Below, piece after piece: positions 11,021 through 21,305 of a stretch of 64,000 nucleotides of DNA; within the stretch, counting starts at the first letter, position 1; each line of letters begins with the position of its first letter. The translations under genes were made by a program, and so were the position numbers. The stretch covers positions 200,843 to 264,842 of the forward strand of contig JBHLOC010000002.1 in assembly GCA_048940925.1 (NCBI GenBank). Reading direction: 5' to 3'. Origin of the DNA: Promethearchaeota archaeon (lineage in GTDB: Archaea > Asgardarchaeota > Lokiarchaeia > Sigyniarchaeales > SOKP01). The notes under the pieces were generated by a model that had not been told where the DNA came from, ran no database searches, and was given only the letters and a program-made list of their open reading frames with translations.

Positions 11021-12225
11021 ATGAAAATGTAACTTACCATTCACTTTATCATCAAAAATTACTAAATTCTGTTAATTTTAATTTATTCAAGATTGAACCT
11101 GAGGCGATTGAGATTAATAAGCAATTTAAATTACCGGAGGAATGGTATTCTGCCTATTTAGGACCAGCTACTGCTGAATTTCATGGATTAACTCATAAAT
11201 CTCAACCAGCACTTAGAGACGAAAATAGAAATGCAATTATCCCAGAATATTTTATTGAGATTGGAGGAAAAATTATCTATTTATCAGTGAAAGGGTGTGG
11301 AGCTTATGAGGATATGTTTTTTGGAGGAAAATTAAACCAGAGCAAAATAAAAAATGCATGTCGAGATTCAAAACATCTAGCTAAAATTGAGACATTATCT
11401 ACGAGTCTAGGTTTCATAATGGGAGAGTCTTGGATGGGTGAAAGTCCATATGGTGCCCAAGGTTTTATAAACGGATATGATGAGCTTAAATTTTCTAGAA
11501 TTGCCGAATTGGATAATATTAACGGAGCTTATATATGCCCCTCAATAGCAGTTATTAAGCTACCAAAAGAAATTGAAAAAGTGGCTAGAAAATTCTTTTG
11601 GTTTAGAACATATAAAGATCATTTTTATCAAGTTCTGCGCCTAGTTCCATCAAATATACGTTTGTATTTTGAATCATCTCACAATATTGCTAATCCAAGT
11701 CCAGTTTTTCAGTTATTCGAGATTGACACTATAGAAAGAGCAGAAAATTTTGAATTGAATTTTATAAAAAGTGGAATCGCACTTTTAACACTTTATACAC
11801 GATCAGCAATAATAGAAGGAAATGAAATTAAGGGTATTTATTATCAAGATGTATGGTTAGATAAAGACTGTGTAGTAGCACCGAATGGAATAATTCATTT
11901 TGCAGATATTGAAGGATTTATTTGGAAAAAAGTGACTATTGATGAATATAAAGAGATTCAGAAAAAAGAATGGCAGAAATTAGTATATGAGTTTCTATAT
12001 GCATTGGTTCAAATCGATTCTTATCGCCATTCATTGGACGAACGTCAAATTTCTTGGGAACGACAAAGAGAAGAACTAGAAATCCTTATTTATGAAGCTT
12101 TAAATAAAGATTTTTTTACTAATGTAGAAAATATTAATGGAAATTTAACTATCATAATAGAGGGCAAAGATTTACCCTCCATTGAAATGCCAATACTAGA
12201 AAAGGTGATCAAGTTTGATATGTGA
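11017..12225 (+). CDS. Uncharacterised protein with SelO/protein-kinase-like motif order
   Basis: Frame open from 11005; GGTGA then CTG overlapping the previous TGA; motifs SVKGCG, VLRLVPSNIRL, LDKDC...HFADIEG. Confidence 0.55.
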   Translation: MNENVTYHSLYHQKLLNSVNFNLFKIEPEAIEINKQFKLPEEWYSAYLGPATAEFHGLTHKSQPALRDENRNAIIPEYFIEIGGKIIYLSVKGCGAYEDMFFGGKLNQSKIKNACRDSKHLAKIETLSTSLGFIMGESWMGESPYGAQGFINGYDELKFSRIAELDNINGAYICPSIAVIKLPKEIEKVARKFFWFRTYKDHFYQVLRLVPSNIRLYFESSHNIANPSPVFQLFEIDTIERAENFELNFIKSGIALLTLYTRSAIIEGNEIKGIYYQDVWLDKDCVVAPNGIIHFADIEGFIWKKVTIDEYKEIQKKEWQKLVYEFLYALVQIDSYRHSLDERQISWERQREELEILIYEALNKDFFTNVENINGNLTIIIEGKDLPSIEMPILEKVIKFDM

Positions 12226-13726
12226 GAGAGCTTTAGAGATATTAAGTTCTATAAAAGATAAACATAATCTTATGACTTCATTTGAAGAGATTTCTGAATT
12301 AAAAGAAAACAATTTGATTTCAGAATTCAAAGCTAATATCCCCAAGACGTCAAGAGATTATGACTTAACTAGTCTAAAAAGAAAGTATGTGAAGTTATCT
12401 AATGATATAAGACAAGCTTATCAAAATTTAGTAACATTAGAGGGTGATTTTAATCATGTATCAACGTTGTCCCGCTTTTTTTCTTATCTAAAAATGGGAA
12501 GAGGAGCAACACTAAAAAAAGATATATCTGATTTACATCAATTCATCGAAAATAAAGAAGCTGATCTGAAAAAATTGAAAAATGAACTGTTAAAACTTAA
12601 TAGAGAAATTGAATCTCATGAAAGAGCAGTTAAGGTAAATGGTATTAGAGTTTTTCTTACCCCCATAGGTGAGACAATTATTGATGAAATAAAAGCTCGA
12701 AGGAGATTCTATACTCGAGAATTAAAAGAGCTAATTATTGTATTAAAGAATTTAGATGATACATTCACCATGCTTATCGACAATATTGGTACTATTATGA
12801 GAACAAATAATTTCTCACCCATATGGGCGTTATATCTTCTTAATACAAATATGCTAAATCTATCTAAAATTCTGAATATAATTACGCTACGTGAACGTAA
12901 TTATAATAACGCACAAAAAAGAATGATGAATTTATCATTTTTTCTCATGAATCATCCAGAAATAATGATTCCAAGGAATAATCGTGAAGCAAAGATTACT
13001 GAGAATGAATTTAAATATACGTATCCCGAAAACGAATATAAAAGAATGTTTCATGAAATCCTTAATAATGCAAATATATCAACTTATAAAATAAGAACAG
13101 CTATCTCGTTATTGGGTAAATTTTTCACAATATGGGGTTCAAAAAATGAGGTAAATAGAAATATTATTAAGCAATATTATGAAAATCTTAGAATCTTCAT
13201 AGATTTTCAAAGAGATTTACCAATGATCGGAAAGAAGACAATTCTTTATCAGCATTTAAAGCAAAATATTGATGAGGAAATGATATTTGTCTTGTTAATT
13301 TTAGCTTTTTCCACTAAATTGGATTCTTATAATTATTTCTACGAAATTATTGAAGATATACCTGAAGGTACGAAATTTTTTTCAGCAATCTCCTCATTAT
13401 TCCCATGGGACCCTGAAGAGACATGGAGAGTATTATTGCGCGCACAATCAAACATACTAAAAGCTCAAAGTGCAAAATTTATTCCAGAATTAATGGAATA
13501 TGCTATTCTAATGTGTTTAAATCCCAATGTATTATTAATAGAAAATAATATCTCACAAGAGCAACTGGCTAAATGGAAATTTTTAATAAATCCTGTTATA
13601 CATCTTAGCATATACTCTTTCTTCGAACAAGATTTAGAAACTTACATAAGGAGAAGACCTTTAGCATATATTATAGCACCAATGTATTATCATCATTCTA
13701 TGCTTCATTACCACTCTATAGGTTAA
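12215..13726 (+). CDS. Uncharacterised coiled-coil/helical protein
   Basis: GGTGA 6 nt before TTG, overlaps upstream gene; heptad-rich residues ~50-140. Confidence 0.75.
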   Translation: MICERALEILSSIKDKHNLMTSFEEISELKENNLISEFKANIPKTSRDYDLTSLKRKYVKLSNDIRQAYQNLVTLEGDFNHVSTLSRFFSYLKMGRGATLKKDISDLHQFIENKEADLKKLKNELLKLNREIESHERAVKVNGIRVFLTPIGETIIDEIKARRRFYTRELKELIIVLKNLDDTFTMLIDNIGTIMRTNNFSPIWALYLLNTNMLNLSKILNIITLRERNYNNAQKRMMNLSFFLMNHPEIMIPRNNREAKITENEFKYTYPENEYKRMFHEILNNANISTYKIRTAISLLGKFFTIWGSKNEVNRNIIKQYYENLRIFIDFQRDLPMIGKKTILYQHLKQNIDEEMIFVLLILAFSTKLDSYNYFYEIIEDIPEGTKFFSAISSLFPWDPEETWRVLLRAQSNILKAQSAKFIPELMEYAILMCLNPNVLLIENNISQEQLAKWKFLINPVIHLSIYSFFEQDLETYIRRRPLAYIIAPMYYHHSMLHYHSIG

Positions 13727-13823
13727 AATTAAAGTAAGATTGACACTTTTTTTCTCTTGATTATTATTTGATTTTGTATAGTTAAAAATGATTAGTTTGA
13801 ATAGAAATTTCTTATTTTATATT

Positions 13824-15494
13824 CTATTCAATCAACCTTAAATAGTCACTATTAATTGAAGTAGCTAAGGAATCATAGAAAAAAGAATAATATTTTTGAT
13901 AGAAATCTTTCTTTTGTTTCAAAATGATTGAGCTCTCATCTTTTTCTATGATACCCTTTGTCCAAAGAATCTTACCTTGATGTGACAAATCTAACCTATC
14001 TCGATTTTTTATAATTTCACCAGATTTTATAACATATTCAATATCTTTTAATGAATTTTTTATTACTTCATACTGTTTAGCTGTATCGATATTATTAAGA
14101 TCGATATCTAAAATATTGATATCAGCATCAGCACCAATACCCAAATTTCCTTTTATATTTCCTAAACCAAGAGATTTAGCTGGACTAGCTCGACTTAAAA
14201 TAATAAATTCGTAAAACGATAAAATATTATTTGATTCTGATAAAAACTCTTTGAATTTAAAACTTCTCGTCATGTCTTTCATAAATTTTATTCTAGCATC
14301 ACTACTTAACAACCATGTAGCAACTTCCGCAATATCATTTATATTCCCATAATTTGGATAGTTAAGAGATAGTTGAACTTTCCACTTATCTTTAATATTT
14401 AGAGCAAGACCTATTCCATTTGCCCACATTAAGCAATGATTTTCATTATTCTTATCAAAATTCCTAAATTTTACAAATGAATCCCCTTCAAATTCTACAG
14501 CAGATCTAATTAGTATATTATGTTCGTTTTCAAATTTTAATTCTTTTGCAATTAACTTTCTATCAGACGTGATCAAGGGATTAATTTTATTAAATGTAAG
14601 AAATCCAATATCTAGGTCTATTTTATTGGATTGATTGATAATATTAATTAGTTCAGCATTATCCTCCTCGATAATATATGCAGAAGCATGAGCAAGATGA
14701 AAAATTTGGGATCTTGGATTTTTAGATTTTTCCTTTAATTGGGGAACTTTGTCTAAAGAATTTATTTTGTCTAGTATAAGGGAATAATTACCTTTTGCAT
14801 ACTCGGTCTCATAACCTTCAATATGAGCATGAATTGAATGCGGTAATCCCATATGTTCATTAGCTTTTGCTAAGTTTTCATAAACATCTAGAGCTGAGAA
14901 ATTGTAGAGTCGACCTGAGGCTTTGAGATCATTTCTTATCTCTTTAAAGTTCCAATCTTCAGACTCAAAAGGATTATAGACTTTAAGACCAAAAGCTTTA
15001 GTTTTTTGCATTAAATCAGATAAAAATATACTTAACTCATCTATTTTCCCTCTCTGAAACTCTAATTCTAAAGCCCAAAAATTACTGACATTTAATAACA
15101 TCCCCTTATCAAGAACAGGTAAATGGGTAAAGTCAAATAATGTTTGTTTTGATAAGGAGGGGAAAACATTCGCTTCAAGAATAAAAGTGTAACCATTATT
15201 TATATAATCCCGAGCTATTTTTTCAAGTGTTAGACCCTGCCATATTTTTTTAAATAAGGAATTTTTTGTTCCGATTAGTCTAACCCAATTTACTTGTTGA
15301 GATGCAATATGAGTATGAATATCCAATGCACCAGGAATAACTGTTTTACCTTGAGCATCTATTTCTTTTACATCACTTGGATTAGAAAATTTTTCGACAA
15401 TAAATTCGCCCTCAATTAGTATATCCTTCTTTTCACCCTCAATATTGTTAAGAGGATCAAATACCAATCCATTCTTAATAATTAATTTAGACAT
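13824..15494 (-). CDS. fwdA: Formylmethanofuran dehydrogenase subunit A-like amidohydrolase (divergent)
   Basis: IIKNGLVFDPLN, DIHTHIA, KVYNP, PHSIHAH, PAKSLGL, GADADI. Confidence 0.8.
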   Translation of the reverse strand: MSKLIIKNGLVFDPLNNIEGEKKDILIEGEFIVEKFSNPSDVKEIDAQGKTVIPGALDIHTHIASQQVNWVRLIGTKNSLFKKIWQGLTLEKIARDYINNGYTFILEANVFPSLSKQTLFDFTHLPVLDKGMLLNVSNFWALELEFQRGKIDELSIFLSDLMQKTKAFGLKVYNPFESEDWNFKEIRNDLKASGRLYNFSALDVYENLAKANEHMGLPHSIHAHIEGYETEYAKGNYSLILDKINSLDKVPQLKEKSKNPRSQIFHLAHASAYIIEEDNAELINIINQSNKIDLDIGFLTFNKINPLITSDRKLIAKELKFENEHNILIRSAVEFEGDSFVKFRNFDKNNENHCLMWANGIGLALNIKDKWKVQLSLNYPNYGNINDIAEVATWLLSSDARIKFMKDMTRSFKFKEFLSESNNILSFYEFIILSRASPAKSLGLGNIKGNLGIGADADINILDIDLNNIDTAKQYEVIKNSLKDIEYVIKSGEIIKNRDRLDLSHQGKILWTKGIIEKDESSIILKQKKDFYQKYYSFFYDSLATSINSDYLRLIE

Positions 15495-15511
15495 TTTTAA
15501 ACTTAGTTTGT

Positions 15512-15886
15512 TTATGTTACCTTAATTGAACTTATAATATCTTCAAAACTTAATATCGGTTCTTGGGTTAATTCCACATTTACTTCAATATTTTTAAAAA
15601 TTAATTCACCATTTTCAACACCTGTAATTTGATTAGACCAGATTGATACTGGCATTATAATAATCCCATTTGGAACATCTTCTTTCTGTCTAACATTTAC
15701 TGTAATCTGACCGAATTTACTACTCAATTTTACATTTGATTTCTCTGTTAATTTTAATTTTTCCATATCTCTGGGATTAAATAAACCTATTGCCAAATTT
15801 TCTTTGAGGGAATCATTATCTCCAGCCATAAATTCCCTTAATTGATCATAATCAACCATTCTTACAGTATTTACAATCATTTTCAT
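15512..15886 (-). CDS. fwdD: Formylmethanofuran dehydrogenase subunit D-like (molybdopterin dinucleotide-binding fold, divergent)
   Basis: NPRDMEKL, SKFGQITV, GIIIMP..IWSN; lies between fwdA- and fwdB-like genes. Confidence 0.72.
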   Translation of the reverse strand: MKMIVNTVRMVDYDQLREFMAGDNDSLKENLAIGLFNPRDMEKLKLTEKSNVKLSSKFGQITVNVRQKEDVPNGIIIMPVSIWSNQITGVENGELIFKNIEVNVELTQEPILSFEDIISSIKVT

Positions 15887-15901
15887 CTAAAACACTACTT
15901 T

Positions 15902-17200
15902 TTATGACTTTTTTATTTCTTCTAATAGTAAGGTCAATATCTCTTCATCAGTCTTAACATTACTTGGCGCATTTATAACTTTCTTTAATTCAATAGGGAT
16001 ATGATCTAATCTATAAGCTAATCCCGAACATTCTATACCTGTAATTGCCGATGGTAATATCACATCAGCTATTTGAGAGGTAGCAGATTTCTTATTATCT
16101 ATCAAAATTAATGGTTTTGCAGCTAATTTTTTACTCAATTGGATTGGTAAATGCGAAATTGGATCAGTCCCTACAATTAACGAACTATCAAAATCTTCAT
16201 TCTTGACTTTTGCGATAACATTATCTGAGGTCTCTGAAAGTTTGTTGTTAATAAATTGTAAACTATTATTTTTCCCATAACTTGATAATGCGACATGTTC
16301 GAATCCTGCCATGTTATAATGCCCACCCAGCATAACGACTGAAATGCGACCTTTTTGTTGTTTTTCATTAATTATCTGAACCAGTTCTAATAATGCATGG
16401 ATTACACTGGAACCTGATTGAGTTTTTAATATTCCTTGTCCTATAAAAATAACTCCATATTCTGATCCAGTTAGATGAAGTAATATCCTTTTTAAATCAT
16501 TAGTATCTATACCTGCAACGCTATGTTCTGGAATACTTCCTTCAGTACAACATTCCTCCTTTAAAACTTTGATTAATTCAATATCTTTTCCTGGCTCAAT
16601 ATTTAAAGCAATATCTCTGACACCCATGACACCGAAAGAAGCTGTTTTCATTGGATCCAAAGCTATTAACGTTTTTATTTCTCTTCCTGTCATTCTAAAC
16701 TTACCACGCGAAAATAGAACCTTATTTAGTAGACGTGGAATTGATTCAGCGACATTTGCACCCCACAAAATTAATAAATCTGCTTTATTTATGAGTTCAG
16801 TGATTGTTGTTAAAGTAATCCCTGTTTCTTTTGCAGTATCTAATACTTTTCCTTGACATATAGTAGAATTTGAATCAATAAAGCCATTTATAAGCTTTGC
16901 CAATTTAATTCCTTCAAATTGTGCTTCACAACTACTCGTTGAGAATCCATATAATACTGGATTGGTTGATTGTTTAAGAATATCAACAGTTTTATCGATT
17001 GCCTCATCCCAAGAGCTTTTTTCTAATTTTCCATTTTTACGAACCATGGGTGATAATATACGATTTTTTGCTGTAACTTGATCAAATCTTTCTTTTCCTT
17101 TTAAACATGCTCCTACAACCTCATCAATATATAGTCCATCGCTTCTTATAATTATATCATCACATAATAAAGAACAACCTGAACAAGGTATTCTTTTCAT
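15902..17200 (-). CDS. fwdB: Formylmethanofuran dehydrogenase subunit B-like (divergent)
   Basis: CSGCSLLCDD..ACLKG Fe-S motif, ADLLILWGAN, GHYNMAG, GIECSGLAYRLD. Confidence 0.82.
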   Translation of the reverse strand: MKRIPCSGCSLLCDDIIIRSDGLYIDEVVGACLKGKERFDQVTAKNRILSPMVRKNGKLEKSSWDEAIDKTVDILKQSTNPVLYGFSTSSCEAQFEGIKLAKLINGFIDSNSTICQGKVLDTAKETGITLTTITELINKADLLILWGANVAESIPRLLNKVLFSRGKFRMTGREIKTLIALDPMKTASFGVMGVRDIALNIEPGKDIELIKVLKEECCTEGSIPEHSVAGIDTNDLKRILLHLTGSEYGVIFIGQGILKTQSGSSVIHALLELVQIINEKQQKGRISVVMLGGHYNMAGFEHVALSSYGKNNSLQFINNKLSETSDNVIAKVKNEDFDSSLIVGTDPISHLPIQLSKKLAAKPLILIDNKKSATSQIADVILPSAITGIECSGLAYRLDHIPIELKKVINAPSNVKTDEEILTLLLEEIKKS

Positions 17201-17240
17201 AGATTTTACCTCTTATTAAAAATTAAATAATTAAGATATT

Positions 17241-17708
17241 TTATACGTAATCAATTTTTACAGCTTCGCGAGGACAATAAGTTTCACATACACGACATTC
17301 TCTTTCTCTTCCCTCTGCTTCAATTCTCCTACAGTGCTCTAAATTTAACAATTCGCATTTACCTGCTTTAATCTGAAATAATTGATGCTTTTCAGGAGGA
17401 TAATCAGGTGCTTTTCCACTTAGAGTTGGAGGGCAATATCTAGCATTCACAGGACAAACTGTGACACAAATTCCGCATCCATCGCATAAATCTGTATCTA
17501 CATCAATTCTTAATTCTTTTTCTTTACCCTCCTCAGTGCCTAACATCTCCTTTAGGGTATCATAATTCTTTTTATATTTCGGTTCTAAAAGAGGAGTACA
17601 ATCATCAATTTTTACTTTACCTTGTAGTAAATCTAATGCGAATGCCATACATGTTGGCTTTCCACATTTTTTGCAATTAGTTTTTGGCAGAAATTTATAA
17701 AGTTCCAT
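17241..17708 (-). CDS. Fe-S protein: N-terminal RnfB/CdhE-type FeS domain plus 2x[4Fe-4S] ferredoxin (FwdG-like role)
   Basis: LPKTNCKKCGKPTCMAFA...C; CDGCGICVTVCP; CRVCETYCP. Confidence 0.82.
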   Translation of the reverse strand: MELYKFLPKTNCKKCGKPTCMAFALDLLQGKVKIDDCTPLLEPKYKKNYDTLKEMLGTEEGKEKELRIDVDTDLCDGCGICVTVCPVNARYCPPTLSGKAPDYPPEKHQLFQIKAGKCELLNLEHCRRIEAEGRERECRVCETYCPREAVKIDYV

Positions 17709-17962
17709 AAAGTTATTAACGGGAATGTTGATAACACCTTAGAATTTAATTTTTCTTTCTCTTTTCAGTATTGAATAATATTAGGAAATTTATTAATTTC
17801 TTTAGTATATTTAAAAAAGAATTCTATTAATGAAAATTGTTTTATAACTGAAATTAAGGAAATATTCATAAAATATTAACATAAGAATTATTACAAATTA
17901 AAAGTATGATATACTAAATAGAACTATTGAAGTATCCTAAAAAACAAATGTGATTTGGAAAG

Positions 17963-18817
17963 ATGTCGGAAGAAAATATACCGGATATCAATTTAAAAGA
18001 AATGATGATTGACGAAAGAGAAAAGAATATTAAAATAAATATGGAACAAATAAAACATAAAATAGTCATAATTTCAGGAAAAGGAGGAGTTGGAAAAACT
18101 ACAGTAGCAGTTAATTTAGCTATGAGTCTAGCAAGTTTAGGCCTAAGAGTAGGAATTCTTGATGTTGATATCACAGGACCTAATGTAATAAAAATGTTAG
18201 GTGTTGATCCTGAGTTAAAACCAAAAGTTGATGCTGAAGCTAAGAGATTCTATCCTATTGATGGTCCTTTCAGATTAAAAGTAATGAGTATGGCATTTTT
18301 AACTCTTTCATCAGATGATCCAGTGATTTGGCGAGGTCCTATGAAGATGAGTGCGGTAAGGCAATTTCTGGGAGATGCAGTATGGGGTGAACTTGATTAT
18401 TTAATATGTGACCTACCCCCAGGAACGTCTGATGAAACCTTAGACATTTTACAACTTATTCCTGATGAAAATGTTGTAGTTGTAACAACTCCACAAGAAG
18501 TAGCTTTAATGGATGCCCGGAAGACAATAAAAATGTCAATAGTAATGCAAAGGAATGTTCTTGGGATAATTGAAAATATGTCAGGTTTTAATTGTCCGCA
18601 TTGTGGAGAATATATCGATTTATATCCTCCTGGTGGAGCAGAAAAAGCTGCAAATGATTTTAATATTCATTTATTAGGTAAAATTCCTTTTGAAACTGAA
18701 GTAAGTCAGCAAGGGGACCAAGGGTTACCCTTTATTCTAAAATATCCTGAAAGTAAATCTGCTAAAGCCTTTAAAGAAACAGTTAAGAAAATCAGAGAAT
18801 TATTAGAAAAATCATAA
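17963..18817 (+). CDS. mrp: Mrp/NBP35 (ApbC) Fe-S cluster carrier ATPase
   Basis: SGKGGVGKTT, VIWRGP, DLPPGTSD, ENMSGFNCPHC. Confidence 0.92.
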   Translation: MSEENIPDINLKEMMIDEREKNIKINMEQIKHKIVIISGKGGVGKTTVAVNLAMSLASLGLRVGILDVDITGPNVIKMLGVDPELKPKVDAEAKRFYPIDGPFRLKVMSMAFLTLSSDDPVIWRGPMKMSAVRQFLGDAVWGELDYLICDLPPGTSDETLDILQLIPDENVVVVTTPQEVALMDARKTIKMSIVMQRNVLGIIENMSGFNCPHCGEYIDLYPPGGAEKAANDFNIHLLGKIPFETEVSQQGDQGLPFILKYPESKSAKAFKETVKKIRELLEKS

Positions 18818-19702
18818 TTAAAAATCCTTTATTTTCTTTTTAAAAATTAAATCACCAATCTTAGCCTTAAAAATTCGTTCCATTAATGTACATTTAACTT
18901 TCAATAAATAATATACATCTTTATCTGGAATCTCCATTCCATACAGACATTCAAAATTTCCTTGTCCTTTGGATAATATTAATCCTCCTTTTCGATAAAA
19001 ATGCCTTTTGAATTCTTTTGGAGATGTAGTCATGTCTACTCCTGGAATTGGACCTGATTCTATAACTGGAACCAAGTCTGTTAAACCGATGTATTTTGCA
19101 TCTTCTATTGTGGCATCATTTACAACGGGTTCTTCTCTAACTGAATAAATTATTTGCAATTCTGGATAAATTCTTATAAGGGTTGTGATTAATACCTTAT
19201 CAAATACAATTTCTCCGGAATTATCTCCTATTATTAAAAGATGATTTGTCTTTTCTAAGGATTCCTTGAAACTGATATAATCATTGATAACAAAATCTTC
19301 TTTTTTAAAGTTTTTAATATCAGAAATGAGATCTATTTTATGCTGGCTAGCAAAATCAATGGTATTTCCAAGTGCTGCTACAAATATCGCCTCTAACAAT
19401 GGATCATCTGAATTCTCAACAATACTTCTTATTTCATCGTAATATTCTAATGCGAGATCATTGTATTTTTGTTTTAAAGCCTGATATGGATCTTGCTCTC
19501 CCACTACTTCTGCTACTATAGAATAGACAACTTTACCCAAAGCTGGTGCGGCTTTATTTGCTATATCTATATCCCTTAGGGTTTTTATGAACTTTTTTTG
19601 GGCTTCTAATACACTTTTACGGGAGATATTCGGTTTCAGCAATCTCAATCCATTTGAAATCTGATTAAACAAGCATCCTACACATTCAGGTTCTAATTTC
19701 AT
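18818..19702 (-). CDS. ARMT1/DUF89 damage-control phosphatase
   Basis: ECVGC, GNTIDF, DNSGEIVFD, NDAT, SKGQGNFE. Confidence 0.88.
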   Translation of the reverse strand: MKLEPECVGCLFNQISNGLRLLKPNISRKSVLEAQKKFIKTLRDIDIANKAAPALGKVVYSIVAEVVGEQDPYQALKQKYNDLALEYYDEIRSIVENSDDPLLEAIFVAALGNTIDFASQHKIDLISDIKNFKKEDFVINDYISFKESLEKTNHLLIIGDNSGEIVFDKVLITTLIRIYPELQIIYSVREEPVVNDATIEDAKYIGLTDLVPVIESGPIPGVDMTTSPKEFKRHFYRKGGLILSKGQGNFECLYGMEIPDKDVYYLLKVKCTLMERIFKAKIGDLIFKKKIKDF

Positions 19703-19818
19703 ATTATCATAATATTATGTTTAATTTTAAAAAAAATAAAAAGAAATTAAAACTCTTTTAAAAAGATCTTAAATTGGAAAGAAATAAATAGAAAAAAAAA
19801 TTCAATATTTTTTAGATT

Positions 19819-21159
19819 TTATAGTTCTGCTATTGCTTTTTGTTTTGCTAGCTTTTCCTCTTCAGTAAGCTCAATTTCCCCTCTTCGTACAAAAAACATA
19901 AATATGAAAGCTAAAATTAAGAATATGGCACCATCAAGAAGTAACGATGTTTTTCCAAAAAGATCTCTTAGTCCACCTACAGAAATAGGTCCAAGAATCA
20001 TTGCTAAGACACTAAAAAAGTAATAAAGCCCTGTATATGTTCCAATTTTCTTTGTACTAGGTGCTAGTTCCCAAACTACCACAATAGTATTTACATTTAC
20101 TAAAGCAAAACCTATTCCATATAACACCAAAATAATAGTTGTAACCAATAATGTTTGAATAGCAAATCCTATTAATAATGCTATAAACATAACTGCTAAA
20201 CCTATCTTTATACATTTTCTTCTGCCAATTTTTGATGCTAATAGTGATAACGGGAAAGCTGCTATAATAAATGGCACTGCAACAAAATTAAATAAAAAAC
20301 CAGCAAAGCCAGCACTTACATTAAGTACTCCATTAGGGCCAGATCCAGCATAAATTGAAAATAAAGCTTCCAATCCATTATGGGTTAAAAATAATGCAAA
20401 AATAGTTAATAATATAAATAGAGTACTTTTATCTTCTTCTTTCATAATATCTCTAACACTACTTATTAGACCAAGTTTTTCTTTCTTTGTTTCGCTTTCA
20501 ATTCCTTTTGTTTCTGTTTTTAATAGTAGAATGTAACTATAGGCTTCATTTTCATCTACTTTTAAAAAAAGTACTATTAAAGCAAGAATCATAATAATTG
20601 AAGCTATAATAAACGTAAACTGCAATCCAATATAATCCGACACTAAACTCATTGTATAAGCCACTATGGAACCAATTCCCCCCATTATATTTATTATAGC
20701 ATTCGCTTTGCTTCTATGAACTGGTCTAATAAAATCAGGCATTAGTGATACAGCTTGAGATCGATAGAAACCCATACTTACGCTAAATAAGAACATCCAT
20801 AAAATGAGAATAACTAAAGATGTACCAAATCCTGTGGGGATAAGAGCAAAGAATATTGCAGATGATATCACCCCCACTATAATGTACGGCATTCGACGAC
20901 CATATCTCGTCCTTGTTTTATCAGATACAGATCCCATTATTGGTTGAATAATTACACCAACAATATTATCAATTGTCATTAAAGCGCCCACTATCAAACC
21001 TGCTATAGCAATTCCCGTAAAGTAAAGATCTAATTGTTGGTTGACTTGAGTATTATATAGACTCCATGAGATTCCTGTTGTGAAAAAAGCTAATCCTATA
21101 AAGAAGGTTTTTTTTATATCAAGTTTTTCCTCAATTTCTCTTTCAGACATTTTTTTCAC
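19819..21159 (-). CDS. MFS sugar transporter (MalA/SLC45-like)
   Basis: ~12 TMs, SDKTRTRYGRRMPY, KIGRRK. Confidence 0.85.
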   Translation of the reverse strand: MKKMSEREIEEKLDIKKTFFIGLAFFTTGISWSLYNTQVNQQLDLYFTGIAIAGLIVGALMTIDNIVGVIIQPIMGSVSDKTRTRYGRRMPYIIVGVISSAIFFALIPTGFGTSLVILILWMFLFSVSMGFYRSQAVSLMPDFIRPVHRSKANAIINIMGGIGSIVAYTMSLVSDYIGLQFTFIIASIIMILALIVLFLKVDENEAYSYILLLKTETKGIESETKKEKLGLISSVRDIMKEEDKSTLFILLTIFALFLTHNGLEALFSIYAGSGPNGVLNVSAGFAGFLFNFVAVPFIIAAFPLSLLASKIGRRKCIKIGLAVMFIALLIGFAIQTLLVTTIILVLYGIGFALVNVNTIVVVWELAPSTKKIGTYTGLYYFFSVLAMILGPISVGGLRDLFGKTSLLLDGAIFLILAFIFMFFVRRGEIELTEEEKLAKQKAIAEL

Positions 21160-21305
21160 ATAAAAAGCAATTTTCTTTTAAGATTAAATTGAAATTTTAA
21201 AAATTATTTAGATGTTTTTATTTAAATAGATTTAGATGATAAAAAAATTAACGATGCAAATCGTAGAAATCTTCTTTTTGAAAAACTTAATAAATAGAAA
21301 AAAAA

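Noticed and set aside
15902-17200. Selenocysteine in the FwdB-like protein
   Set aside because: The ligand codon is TGT (Cys); no in-frame UGA
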